64,000 bases of DNA from an uncultured Treponemataceae bacterium (GTDB taxonomy: Bacteria; Spirochaetota; Spirochaetia; Treponematales; Rectinemataceae): contig CAYNPQ010000001.1 in assembly GCA_964399065.1 (NCBI GenBank), forward strand, positions 8,717-72,716. Direction: 5' to 3'. Below the pieces are notes generated by a model. That model had not been told where the DNA came from and searched no databases. It saw only the letters and a program-made list of their open reading frames with translations. Made by a program: the position numbers and the translations under genes. Of the stretch, positions 25,718 through 34,367 are shown one piece after another (the stretch's first letter is position 1; every line of letters starts with the position of its first letter).

Positions 25718-26437
25718 TCAGAGCTCCTCTTCGTCGCTCTGACCCTCCGGGAACAGGTAGAGGTCGGGGATCTTGTGGACGCGTTGGAGGGAGACGTCGC
25801 GGCGGATCTCCGGCTCGGCTTGGAGCTCCAGCTCGATGTAGTGCGAGAGGACGTCGAAGCCGGGGGCCTCGACGCGGATCTCGAAAGTCCAGTTCCGCGC
25901 CTCGCCGACCGCGGCGGTGGCGACATGGCTCGGCCAGAAGATGTAGGCGCCGGCGGTGCCGCTCGCGAGGACGAAGGGATTCTGCCAGTTCTGGTCCACG
26001 ACGGGCGCCTCCGCGCCTCCCGAGAGCAGGCGGACGCGGCCCTCGGTCACGGGGGCGAAGGTCCTGCCGTCGAAGACCCGCCCCATGATTGTCGGGAAGT
26101 TGAAGGCGGGGCCGGCCGTCCGCTCGGGCGGGGCGGAAGGAGCCTCGTGGTCGACGGTCAGCCGCGGGGCATGGGTCACCTTGGACCAGCCCTCCTTGAC
26201 GAGGGAGATGAGGTCGGCGCGGCGCTGGACCTTGTCGAGGCCTTCCTTCTCGCTGTAGGCGAGCCCGCGGCTCGAGGCGACGTACTCGGGCTTCACGCGG
26301 TTGAGGACGTAGCAGGCCACGTCGAGCCGGCACTGGTCGCAGACGCAGTAGCCGAGGCGGCGCTCCTTGGCCTCGATGCCGAACAACTCGTCCACGAGCG
26401 CCTTGACCACGTCCTCCATCAGGTTCCGGATCTCCAT
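25718..26437 (-). CDS. ComFB-domain protein fused to a carboxypeptidase-regulatory-like beta-sandwich
   Basis: Track ORF trimmed to ATG 26437 (AAGGAG upstream). MEIRNLMEDVVKALVDELFG...GYCVCDQCRLDVACYVLNRVKPEYV matches the ComFB layout (CxCxxC, LN.V.P.YV). The C-terminal half reads GRVFDGRTFAPVTEGRVRLL.... Confidence 0.7.
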   Translation of the reverse strand: MEIRNLMEDVVKALVDELFGIEAKERRLGYCVCDQCRLDVACYVLNRVKPEYVASSRGLAYSEKEGLDKVQRRADLISLVKEGWSKVTHAPRLTVDHEAPSAPPERTAGPAFNFPTIMGRVFDGRTFAPVTEGRVRLLSGGAEAPVVDQNWQNPFVLASGTAGAYIFWPSHVATAAVGEARNWTFEIRVEAPGFDVLSHYIELELQAEPEIRRDVSLQRVHKIPDLYLFPEGQSDEEEL

Positions 26438-26510
26438 GATCGCTCCTTGCCGTCGCGTGCCTATCATCCAGTCTATGCGTTTCCGGGGAATCCGCAACGA
26501 GCTCCGGCCG

Positions 26511-27857
26511 CTAGTCTGCCGCCGCCCCGCCCGCCGGGCGGGAAATGCGGGCCAGGGCCTCCTCGCGGAGAGTCTCAAGTCCGCGCCCCTCGGGGCCGCC
26601 CGCGACCGGCGGGAGGACGAAGACGCGGAGCCGCCTGAGCGCTGAGGCGAAGCCGGACACGACCGCGGGCGTGAAGACGGTCGAGCTCTCGTTGAAGGGG
26701 CGGCTGGCGCCCGGCTCGCCATGCCCCCGGGCCTCCTCGAGCAACACGGGCAGGTCGGTCTCGAGCGAGATGGGCTCGGGTATGTCGACGACGACCGCCG
26801 CAGCGCCTCCCGCGAGGCGGGCCGTGGCGGCGAGAGCCTCCTCGAAGCGGAGCCGCGCGCCGAGGTCGAGGAGGGAGGCCTGCCCAGGCTGCGAGGGATC
26901 GAAGGGCAGGTCCAGCAGGGTCTGGTGGAGCCGGCCCTCGAAGACGGCGTCCGCGAGGCCATAGGCCTCCCTCCCGGCGCGGCCGGCCCCCTCGAGGGCC
27001 CGGAGCCGCGCGTAGAAGCCGTCGTCGTCGAGTCCGTAGAGCTCCTCGAGGCCGAGGACCCCCGCCTCGACCGCGAGGAGGAGGGCCTTCTTGACCATCG
27101 CGGTGGCGGAGCGCACCCCCCGGTGCCAGTACACGGAGCGGTACATGAGGTACTTCGAGAAGAGTACGCCCTCGACGGCCATGATGCCGCGCTCGTCCAC
27201 GGCGAGGCGGTCGCCGGGCCCCAAGGCCACGCGCTGGAGGGCGAAGTCCGTGTCCTGCACGCCGTAGGGCACGCCGCAGTGGAAGGCGTCGCGGTTGAGG
27301 TAGTCGAGCTTGTCGGGGTCGAGGACGCCGGAGAGGAGGCCCCGGAAGAAGCGGATCTCGCGGTCGCCGCCGTCGGGGAGGTCATGGTCGACGATGGCCG
27401 CGGCCGCGTCGGGATCCGCGCCGGCCCGGCCCGCGAGCGTCCTGAGCGGCTCGGCGGCGAGGAGGCGGGCGGTCAGGACCTCGTGGTCCTCGAGGGGCAG
27501 CTCCTTGAGCGAGTGCGCGTAGGGGAAGTGGCCGAGGTCGTGGCAGAGGGCGGCCACGAGGAAGGAATACAGGCCCTCCCTGCCGACGAAGTCCTCCGCG
27601 CCCCTGGTCGCGAGGGCGCCGATGAGGCGCTTGGCCATGTGGAAGACGCCGAGCGAGTGGGCGCGGCGCGTATGGGTCGCGCCCGGGTACACGAGCTGGG
27701 CCGGGCCGAGCTGCTTGATCCGGCCGAGCTTGGCGAAGGCCGGGGAGGAGGCCAGCTCCTCGAGGCCGGGGCTCAGGAAGATGTTGCCCCAGAGCGGGTC
27801 CCTGACCGGCTCGGTGAAGTCGAGGGCGAGCAGCTCGAGGAGCCTGCCGCGGCTCAC
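26511..27857 (-). CDS. HD-domain phosphohydrolase (SAMHD1/dNTPase-like, COG1078-type)
   Basis: Trimmed to GTG 27857 (GGAGG 7 nt upstream). THTRRAHSLGVFHMAKRL and ALCHDLGHFPYAHSLKE (H...HD...D metal site). The upstream 174 codons are Arg/Pro-rich. Confidence 0.8.
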   Translation of the reverse strand: MSRGRLLELLALDFTEPVRDPLWGNIFLSPGLEELASSPAFAKLGRIKQLGPAQLVYPGATHTRRAHSLGVFHMAKRLIGALATRGAEDFVGREGLYSFLVAALCHDLGHFPYAHSLKELPLEDHEVLTARLLAAEPLRTLAGRAGADPDAAAAIVDHDLPDGGDREIRFFRGLLSGVLDPDKLDYLNRDAFHCGVPYGVQDTDFALQRVALGPGDRLAVDERGIMAVEGVLFSKYLMYRSVYWHRGVRSATAMVKKALLLAVEAGVLGLEELYGLDDDGFYARLRALEGAGRAGREAYGLADAVFEGRLHQTLLDLPFDPSQPGQASLLDLGARLRFEEALAATARLAGGAAAVVVDIPEPISLETDLPVLLEEARGHGEPGASRPFNESSTVFTPAVVSGFASALRRLRVFVLPPVAGGPEGRGLETLREEALARISRPAGGAAAD

Positions 27858-27913
27858 TGATGGGCCTCCGTTCGGCGAAGACCGCGGGACGAGATGCCTT
27901 CGCGCCCGCCGGT

Positions 27914-27942
27914 TTGACCTCGCAATCCTAGTGTGGTACATA
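27914..27942 (+). promoter_or_regulatory. Sigma-70-type promoter candidate (TTGACC-N17-TACATA)
   Basis: Hexamers at 27914..27919 and 27937..27942. The first in-frame ATG (27953) is only about 11 nt past the -10, implying a very short leader. Confidence 0.4.
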
Positions 27943-27952
27943 TTTGCATGGA

Positions 27953-28834
27953 ATGAGGCGAAAGTACAGCGAGCCGGCCCCCGGGCACAACGGGCCGCGC
28001 GCATCGCGGACGGCCCTCCTCGCGGCCCTCCTCTCCGCGGCCTGCTCCTTGGCTTTGCCTTCCTGCGCGCGCAAGGCCGGACCTGCTGAGGCGGGGCAGC
28101 CGCCCAAGCCCGCCGCGGCCCAGGCGGCGGCCGCTCCGCCGGTCCCGCCGCCTGCGCAGGCAGGAAACGCTCAGCAGGGAGCTCCGCCTCCCGGCGCGCC
28201 GGCGGCCGCCCCGACTCCTCCGCCGCCGGGACAGGCCGCGGTTCCGCCCCCCCTCCCGGCCCAGCCCCTGGCCAAGCAGGCCGGCCCGGCCAAGCCCACG
28301 GGAGGGCCCGCGCCGCGGACCCGGGTCGCGAGGCCCGCGCTCGCGGCCTCGATCCGGGCCTTCGGGCTCGGCTCGCCACAAGTCGCCCGGATGCCCGAGG
28401 ACTTCTCCCTCGGCCCCCTGCAGTCGCTCCGCGTCGCCGAAGAGCCGGCGGCCGGGCCCCTGACCGTGGCCGAGGCCTTCATGAAGTGCCTCAAGGCCGG
28501 CAAGCTCGACGCGGCGATCCTGGCGCCGCACTCGCGGGAAGCCCTCGCCCTCCTCCTCGCGCCCGAGGCGCCGGCGCCCGAGGGGGCCGGCGCCCTGCCC
28601 TACCGGCTCGGCAGGATCGCCATGGCGGGGGACTCGGCCTCGCTCCGGGTCCGGCTCGCGTCGGGTCCCGGCCGGGAGCGGCTCGAGGGTTCGCTGGCCC
28701 TCGGCAGGTTCGACGGGAAGTGGTACGTCGAGGCGCTCTCCCTCGACCCGCCGCCTTCCGAGAGCGCGGCGGAGGGGAAGGAAGGCGCCGCGGCGCGGCC
28801 GGTCTTCGATCCCTTCCGTCGCGATCCGCAGTGA
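27953..28834 (+). CDS. Lipoprotein with Pro/Ala-rich linker and NTF2-like C-terminal domain (function unknown)
   Basis: MRRKY...LLAALLSAACSLALPSC (lipobox), about 90 aa of P/A/Q repeats, then ...AEAFMKCLKAGKLDAAIL...LALGRFDGKWYVEAL. The track start (TTG 27944) is less likely than ATG 27953. Confidence 0.6.
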   Translation: MRRKYSEPAPGHNGPRASRTALLAALLSAACSLALPSCARKAGPAEAGQPPKPAAAQAAAAPPVPPPAQAGNAQQGAPPPGAPAAAPTPPPPGQAAVPPPLPAQPLAKQAGPAKPTGGPAPRTRVARPALAASIRAFGLGSPQVARMPEDFSLGPLQSLRVAEEPAAGPLTVAEAFMKCLKAGKLDAAILAPHSREALALLLAPEAPAPEGAGALPYRLGRIAMAGDSASLRVRLASGPGRERLEGSLALGRFDGKWYVEALSLDPPPSESAAEGKEGAAARPVFDPFRRDPQ

Positions 28835-28844
28835 GGAGGAGCCG

Positions 28845-30101
28845 ATGGCAACCAGCCTGAAGCGCATCGAGAAGGAATTCATCCTCAGCTCAGCGAGGGA
28901 CGACCGGGTAAAATTCCTCTGCATCGCGGGCACGGGCGAATGGCCGGTCACCATCAGGGAGCTCGGTCCCGACAAGGTGGTATTCGCGCACGCCATGCCC
29001 CTTCGGCTCCTCCGCAAGGGCGCGACCTACGAATTCCGCTTCGTCTACCGCGAGCAGCCCATGGCTTTCAGGTCGAGGGCCCTCGAGGTGAAGGACTCGA
29101 CCCTCGCCGTGGAATTCCCCTCCTCGGTCTACAAGAACCTCGGCAGGCGCTACTCGCGGCGCGCGCCGCCCTCCGAGCTCTCGGTGTCCTTCTCCTTCCG
29201 CGGCGACCGCTACGACCTCGCCTTTCCCACGAGCCGGGAGTTCGAGCCCGTGAGCGAGCCCGAACCCTCCTCGTCCTTCGATCCCAAGGACATCAAGGCG
29301 CTCATCGCCGAGTTCAACGAGCGGGGCGCCGAGTACGCGAGCGAGCGGGCCGTGCGGATGTTCAAGGAGCGGAGGCCCGAGAGCATCGAGGAGAAGGCCA
29401 TCGTCAGGACCGGGAAGATCTACTACCTGCCCACGGCTGTCGGCGGCCTGCCGACGGTCGATCCCTACGTGAGGCCGCGCCTCGTGACCAGGGCGATGCT
29501 CGGCGACTTCATGAGGGAGCAGGGGATCCACGAGGACCTCGTCGAGGAGGAGCTCCTCCGCTTCGAGCGGAACAAGAGGAACTCGGGCGTGCTCTCCGAG
29601 CTGATGATCCCCCTGCTCTTCCAGGAATACGTCATCGGCTACGTCTACCTCGTCAACAAGACCGCGGGGAAGCCTCCCTTCGACCTCGCCGTGCTCGAGA
29701 CCTTCCTCCAGTTCACGAAGGTCCTCGCGTACTCGCTGAAGATCAACGGCTACTTCCGGAACGCGCCGAAGAAGCCCTCGGACTACCGCGCCGACGTCCT
29801 CGACATCAGCGCCGGCGGCCTCCTGTTCTCCAACTCCTCCAAGGACCTCGCATCCTCCCTCCTGGCGGGCTCCACGATCGACCTGGCCGTCAAGGTCGGC
29901 GAGCGCACCGCCAAGGCCCACGCCGTCATCAAGCGGACCTTCCGCGACGCGAGCCGCGCGTACTACGGGGTCGAGTACGAGGAGATCGCCCCCGAGGACT
30001 TCCGCTTCCTCTTCGAGGCCCTCTACGGCCGCGACTTCACCGACGCCGACGCCACCGGCGTCGAGGGACTCGGCGTGAAGATGCCGGTCAAGCTCGACTA
30101 G
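28845..30101 (+). CDS. PilZ-related protein with a split c-di-GMP signature (N-terminal PilZN-like barrel, central insert, C-terminal PilZ barrel)
   Basis: 418 aa. RRYSRR (RxxxR-type) sits at about aa 101-106 after an N-terminal barrel. DISAGG (DxSxxG) sits at about aa 323-328, followed by beta-strand-rich sequence. GAGGAGGAG RBS. Confidence 0.6.
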   Translation: MATSLKRIEKEFILSSARDDRVKFLCIAGTGEWPVTIRELGPDKVVFAHAMPLRLLRKGATYEFRFVYREQPMAFRSRALEVKDSTLAVEFPSSVYKNLGRRYSRRAPPSELSVSFSFRGDRYDLAFPTSREFEPVSEPEPSSSFDPKDIKALIAEFNERGAEYASERAVRMFKERRPESIEEKAIVRTGKIYYLPTAVGGLPTVDPYVRPRLVTRAMLGDFMREQGIHEDLVEEELLRFERNKRNSGVLSELMIPLLFQEYVIGYVYLVNKTAGKPPFDLAVLETFLQFTKVLAYSLKINGYFRNAPKKPSDYRADVLDISAGGLLFSNSSKDLASSLLAGSTIDLAVKVGERTAKAHAVIKRTFRDASRAYYGVEYEEIAPEDFRFLFEALYGRDFTDADATGVEGLGVKMPVKLD

Positions 30102-30102
30102 C

Positions 30103-31146
30103 ATGCCCGCCAGAGAAGCCCGCGCCGGGAGGCTGCGCCCCCTTGCCTCGGACGCCCTCGCGACTTTCGTCTGCGCCTTCCCCTTCGCGCTGGTGACCCT
30201 CGTGGTCCGCTACGGCCCCTCGACGGTGGACCCCTGCACCTCGCCCCTCCTCCTGAAGGCCGCGCCGCTGGTCGCCTTCCTCGGCCTCCTCGCCGTCGCC
30301 ATTCCGATCCTCGCCTGTCTTAACGCCTCGGGCACCGCCTCCTTCATCGCCCGCGCCGCCTTCGCCTGCGTCTTCGCCGCGTCGGGCTCGGCGCTGTTCG
30401 GCGGGGCCGTGCACCGTGATTACTTCACCGCCGTCTTCCAGTACCTCCTCGCCTTCCTCGCCCTCTTCCTGTACTGGCTGCGCTCCCAGCCCTCGTCGCA
30501 GGTGTCTTCCGGCACCTTCCGCTCCCTGGGCCGGGCCGGCTACGCGATCTTCTTCCTCTTCTCCGCCTGGATCATGATGATGGGCTACGCGATCTCCACG
30601 AGGGCGGAGCCCCGGCCCATCGAATCGGTGCTCTACAACTCCTACAACGCCCTCCTCGACCTCGTCATCTTCCTGGGCTCGAGGGAACTCGTGCTGCGTT
30701 CCTACAAGACCCTCGCGCTGAGGTCCGACGGCGCCGTCCTCCTCGACGGGGCGCCGATCGACTTCGTGCTCGGAGCGGCGGGGGTCCGGATACTGAAGGC
30801 ATTCCTCGCCTCGCCCGAGAGGCGGGCCACCTGCGCCGACATCGCGCGGCAGGCGGCGGAGGAGGGCAGGACGAAGCGGCGCTCGGACTGCGCCTCCTGC
30901 GACGCCGCGGACGCCAAGGCCTCGCTCTGCCCCGAGTACCGCGCCACCTACAACCGCCTCCTCGAGCTCAAGAAGCTCCTCGAGTTCCTCGAGGTCGGCA
31001 GCATCCTGCCGCCGAAGAACAAGCGGCGGATCCTGGCGGAGGGCTGGAGGCTGGCTCTCTTCGAGAACGTCAGGCTGGAGTCCGGAGCGCGGGCGCGGAG
31101 CCATTCCAAGGGGGAGGCGGAGGCGGAAGGGCTTGCCGGAGTTTAG
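30103..31146 (+). CDS. Polytopic membrane protein with a C-terminal OmpR/PhoB-like winged-helix domain
   Basis: 347 aa with 5-6 predicted TM helices in aa 18-190. Then LALRSDGAVLLDGAPIDFVLGAAGVRILKAFLASPERRATCADIA...YNRLLELKKLLE...AEGWRLA, which resembles Trans_reg_C. The ATG is 1 nt after the upstream stop. Confidence 0.5.
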   Translation: MPAREARAGRLRPLASDALATFVCAFPFALVTLVVRYGPSTVDPCTSPLLLKAAPLVAFLGLLAVAIPILACLNASGTASFIARAAFACVFAASGSALFGGAVHRDYFTAVFQYLLAFLALFLYWLRSQPSSQVSSGTFRSLGRAGYAIFFLFSAWIMMMGYAISTRAEPRPIESVLYNSYNALLDLVIFLGSRELVLRSYKTLALRSDGAVLLDGAPIDFVLGAAGVRILKAFLASPERRATCADIARQAAEEGRTKRRSDCASCDAADAKASLCPEYRATYNRLLELKKLLEFLEVGSILPPKNKRRILAEGWRLALFENVRLESGARARSHSKGEAEAEGLAGV

Positions 31147-31291
31147 GCAGGCGAGCAGGCCGCGGCGCCCGGCGGCCGTGCCGGACCCGCGACTCGGGGT
31201 TTTGACATGGATTTTGGATCGTTCTTATTGAGGTCCATTCTACACCCGCGGCCCCGGAATCGAACGATCCGCAACTACACGTGGACTGAAT

Positions 31292-31870
31292 CTACTCTTT
31301 TCCGTCCTCGGCCGGGCCCGCCGCGGCGACCCCGCGGCGCTTTTTCGGGTAGCGCTTGAGCATGGCGACCGAATTCCGCCTCTGGTTGAAGACGAAGCCG
31401 CCGTCCCAGTACTCGAGGGCCGCGAAGAGGGCGTTGCCGCCGTCATTGTCGTCGGCGGCCGCGCCGCGGAAGGAGACGTACTCGGCGAGCGCCTCGAAGT
31501 CCTCGCCCTCGAGGCACTCCTGCCGGCGCCGGTTGAACTCGTTCCACTTCTCGACGTCCTTGAAGCCCGGGCCCTCGTCCTCCACGATGAGGTGGGCGTG
31601 CTCGGCGCTGAAGGAGTACCAGACGCGGACCTTCTTCTCGGGGTCGCACTTGTTGCCGTGCTTCACCGCGTTCTTGATGATCTCGCTGATCTGCTGCTCG
31701 AGGAGGTTGATCTCCTTGATCTCGGGCGGGGCCGACTGGACGATGAGGAGGGTGAAGTACCGGATCTGACGGAAGTCCGAGGGGAACTCCTTGTGGAGCA
31801 TGCCCGTGCGGTCGAAGAGGGGGGAATTCTCGTCGACCTTGATCTGCTTGACCTTCGACGCTTCGCTCAT
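31292..31870 (-). CDS. Anti-sigma-factor-type serine kinase (RsbW/SpoIIAB-like HATPase)
   Basis: 192 aa with N-box EIIKNAVKHGN and G1 box VEDEGPGF. Adjacent to the STAS gene. Confidence 0.8.
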   Translation of the reverse strand: MSEASKVKQIKVDENSPLFDRTGMLHKEFPSDFRQIRYFTLLIVQSAPPEIKEINLLEQQISEIIKNAVKHGNKCDPEKKVRVWYSFSAEHAHLIVEDEGPGFKDVEKWNEFNRRRQECLEGEDFEALAEYVSFRGAAADDNDGGNALFAALEYWDGGFVFNQRRNSVAMLKRYPKKRRGVAAAGPAEDGKE

Positions 31871-31876
31871 GGGATC

Positions 31877-32215
31877 CTAGGCCTCCAGCCTGTGCAGGGC
31901 CTCGTCGATCGTCGGCGTGATCGGGAAGTAGCCCATGAGCTTGGTGAGCTCGATGACCTTCTTCACCGACCCGTGGATGTTCGTGATGACGAGCTTGTGG
32001 TTCAGCTTCTTGATCGTGGAGCAGATGTAGATGAGGGCGCCGATGCCGCTCGAGTCGATGTAGTCGACGTTCTCGAGGTTGATGATGAAGCGCCCGACCT
32101 TCTTCTCGAGCATCTTCATGACGAGCTCCTTGAGCTTGTAGGAGTTGTAGAGGTCCATCTCGCCGTTCACGTCGATGATGTAGCTCTCCCCGTTCTTGCG
32201 TATCTTCAATTCCAT
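31877..32215 (-). CDS. STAS-domain anti-anti-sigma factor (RsbV/SpoIIAA-like)
   Basis: Only the last 112 codons of track ORF 31877..34282 look coding: MELKIRKNGESYIIDVNGEMDLYNSYKLKE...VDYIDSSGIGALI (phosphorylatable Ser context DSSG). Confidence 0.85.
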   Translation of the reverse strand: MELKIRKNGESYIIDVNGEMDLYNSYKLKELVMKMLEKKVGRFIINLENVDYIDSSGIGALIYICSTIKKLNHKLVITNIHGSVKKVIELTKLMGYFPITPTIDEALHRLEA

Positions 32216-32235
32216 GCGATCGGCTCCTCCCGCCC

Positions 32236-34182
32236 TCAGCCCATGGCCTTCATCACGAGCACGGTCTGGTCGTCGTGCTGCCGCGTCCGCCCCGCGAACA
32301 AGGCCAGGTCGTCCCTGATGCCCGCGGCTATCTCCTCGGCGGGGAGCGCGTGGCAGCGCTGCACCGCGTTCCCGAGGTTCTTCCTCCCGAACTGCCGTCC
32401 CTGCTCGTTCATCGCCTCGACCACGCCGTCCGTGTACATGACGAGCACGTCCCCCGGCCGCATCGAGAGGCGCCTCGAGGAGTAGGCGGTGGCGCGCTCG
32501 ACGCCGATCGGCACGCTCTTGGACTCGACGGTCTCGATGGCGCCCGCGTCGGCGCGGTAGATGATGAGGGGTTGGTGCCCCGCGTTCGCGTACTCGAGCT
32601 CGCGCCGCGAGCAGTCCGCGACGACGAGGCCGAGGGTCGCGAAGTGGTCGATGTCGACCTTGCTGGACACGCCCCGGTTGACCCACTGGAGGAGCGTGGC
32701 GGCGTCCTTGGCCGAGGCGACGATGAGGTGGAGGATGGAGCGGATCATCACCATGACGAGGCTCGCCGCCACGCCCTTGCCGGCCACGTCGCCGATCGCG
32801 ACGACGACCTTGTCCGCGCGCGTGCGGATCGCGTCGTAGTAGTCGGAGCAGACGCCCCGCGCCGTGCTCGAGAAGGCGGCGAGGCCGAAGCCCGGCAGCT
32901 CGGGGAGCTTCTTCGGCACCAGGGCCCCGCGCACGTCCGCGGCGATCGCGGCCTCGCGCTCGATGTCGCCCCGCTCGGCGGCGTCGAGGAAGGTGAAGGA
33001 GTTGGCGACGGCGATGGAGCCGAAGTCGGCGAGGAGCTTGCAGCGGTCGAAGTCCCGCTCCTCGAAGGAGCCGGAGGCGGTCTTCGCGACCGACACCGCG
33101 CCGATGATGCGCTCGTCCACGACCAGGGGGGCCACGATGAGGCCGCCGGCGCGGAGCCAGTCCTCGTCGCCGGCGCCCTCCGCGGGGCCGCCCCCGGGGA
33201 TGAAGAGCTGCCTGCCAGAGCTCGCGGCCTCGCCGATGGGCCCCTCGCCGAGCTTGAAGCGCGAGCGCCGCACGAAGGCGGCGACCCGCTCGGGCTCGCG
33301 GGGGAGGCTCTCCGGCAGCTTGAAGGGCGGCGGGTAGGTGCCGTGGAGGGCCCGCACCGACACCGACTCCTCGAACTCGTCGACGAGGGCGATGATGCCG
33401 CCGTCCGCCCCGGTCCGCTCCACGAGGACGCGCACCATGTTGTCGAGGACGTCCTGGAGGGAGAACTCGGGCTTCATCGCGGTGCCCGCGGCGAAGAGGA
33501 GGTCGTAGAGCGAGTCGATCGAGGCCTCGTAGTAGTCGACGGCCTGGACGAGCTGGCCCATGCCGAGGTCGACGAAGGCGAGGGCGACCGCGAGGAGGAG
33601 GCCGTAGAAGAGGGGCGCGGCCAGCCCCTGGAAGAGCGCCGAGGCGGTACCGAGCGAGGCTTCCGCGGCGAGGTAGGCCAGGGAGGCCGCGCCGAGGGGT
33701 ATCCAGCTGCGCCGGGCCAGCTCGTTCTCGGGGCCGCCGGCCGAGCCTCGCGAGGCGAGGAGCGCGGCCGCGGAGGCCAGGACGGGGAGGAAGCAGAGCG
33801 ACCAGAGCGGGAGCGAGAGGGCCCCGCCGGAGAAGCCGAGGAAGGCGTCGAGGCCGAGTAGGGCGGAGGCGGCGAGGGCCAAGGCGGCCGGGATCGCGCG
33901 GAGGGCGCGGAGCGCGGGAGAGCCGCGGATCGAGGCCCGGGGAACGCCGACGAGGAGGAGCGCCCCGAAGAGGGCCAGGTCCGAGGCGCGGAAGAGGTCG
34001 GGGTGGGGGAAAAAGGCGAAGGCGAGGTCCCTCGCGGCCAGGAAGGCGCCGACAAGGGCGTAGCGCAACATGGCGCCCTCGGTGTCGCGGCGCCTTAAGA
34101 AGAGGAAAACGGCGATCAAGACCGCCGCGAGGGCCAATTTGGCGAAGAGCGGTCCGCTCGACGCGACGAAGCTTCCGAACAC
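32236..34182 (-). CDS. Membrane-anchored GAF-PP2C (RsbU/SpoIIE-type) serine phosphatase
   Basis: N-terminal multi-TM region, GAF-like middle, and PP2C motifs SDYYDAIRTRADKVVVAIGDVAGKGVAAS, VLVMYTDGVVEA and HDDQTVLVMKA. Start set to GTG 34182 (AAGGA 8 nt upstream). The track start at 34290 adds non-coding-looking residues. Start uncertain. Confidence 0.8.
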   Translation of the reverse strand: MFGSFVASSGPLFAKLALAAVLIAVFLFLRRRDTEGAMLRYALVGAFLAARDLAFAFFPHPDLFRASDLALFGALLLVGVPRASIRGSPALRALRAIPAALALAASALLGLDAFLGFSGGALSLPLWSLCFLPVLASAAALLASRGSAGGPENELARRSWIPLGAASLAYLAAEASLGTASALFQGLAAPLFYGLLLAVALAFVDLGMGQLVQAVDYYEASIDSLYDLLFAAGTAMKPEFSLQDVLDNMVRVLVERTGADGGIIALVDEFEESVSVRALHGTYPPPFKLPESLPREPERVAAFVRRSRFKLGEGPIGEAASSGRQLFIPGGGPAEGAGDEDWLRAGGLIVAPLVVDERIIGAVSVAKTASGSFEERDFDRCKLLADFGSIAVANSFTFLDAAERGDIEREAAIAADVRGALVPKKLPELPGFGLAAFSSTARGVCSDYYDAIRTRADKVVVAIGDVAGKGVAASLVMVMIRSILHLIVASAKDAATLLQWVNRGVSSKVDIDHFATLGLVVADCSRRELEYANAGHQPLIIYRADAGAIETVESKSVPIGVERATAYSSRRLSMRPGDVLVMYTDGVVEAMNEQGRQFGRKNLGNAVQRCHALPAEEIAAGIRDDLALFAGRTRQHDDQTVLVMKAMG

Positions 34183-34367
34183 GGCATCGTTCCTTGGGCA
34201 TGCGAAGGCGTCGCCGCCGGCGCATGCACCCGCGGAAGACGGTGCTGCCCCGCGGGGCCTTCCGCTCGGCGGAGTGTAGCATCCGCCCATGGTCCAGTCA
34301 AGTTTTGCGGGGAATGGAATGGTAATGCTCGAGGCTCCGAGATTCGATACTGTAGAGGGGGAACGCC

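Noticed and set aside
26511-27857. Reading the HD phosphohydrolase as a dNTP-depleting anti-phage defence gene.
   Set aside because: Single-gene HD/dNTPase homologs of this size are common housekeeping genes. There are no neighbouring defence or mobile genes and no compositional anomaly.
31241-31266. tRNA 3'-end-like string on the minus strand (cgTTCGATTCCggggccgcgggtgta: T-loop-like, then stem and acceptor-like), possibly an integration-site remnant.
   Set aside because: There is no complementary 5' T-stem or acceptor strand, so no cloverleaf can be drawn. No integrase or direct repeat partner is in the window. It is most likely chance or part of a weak terminator region.
32216-34282. The 801-aa track ORF 31877..34282 read as a single gene.
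   Set aside because: Only the last 112 codons (STAS domain) are plausible. The remainder is an Arg/Pro-rich alternate frame of the PP2C phosphatase gene.
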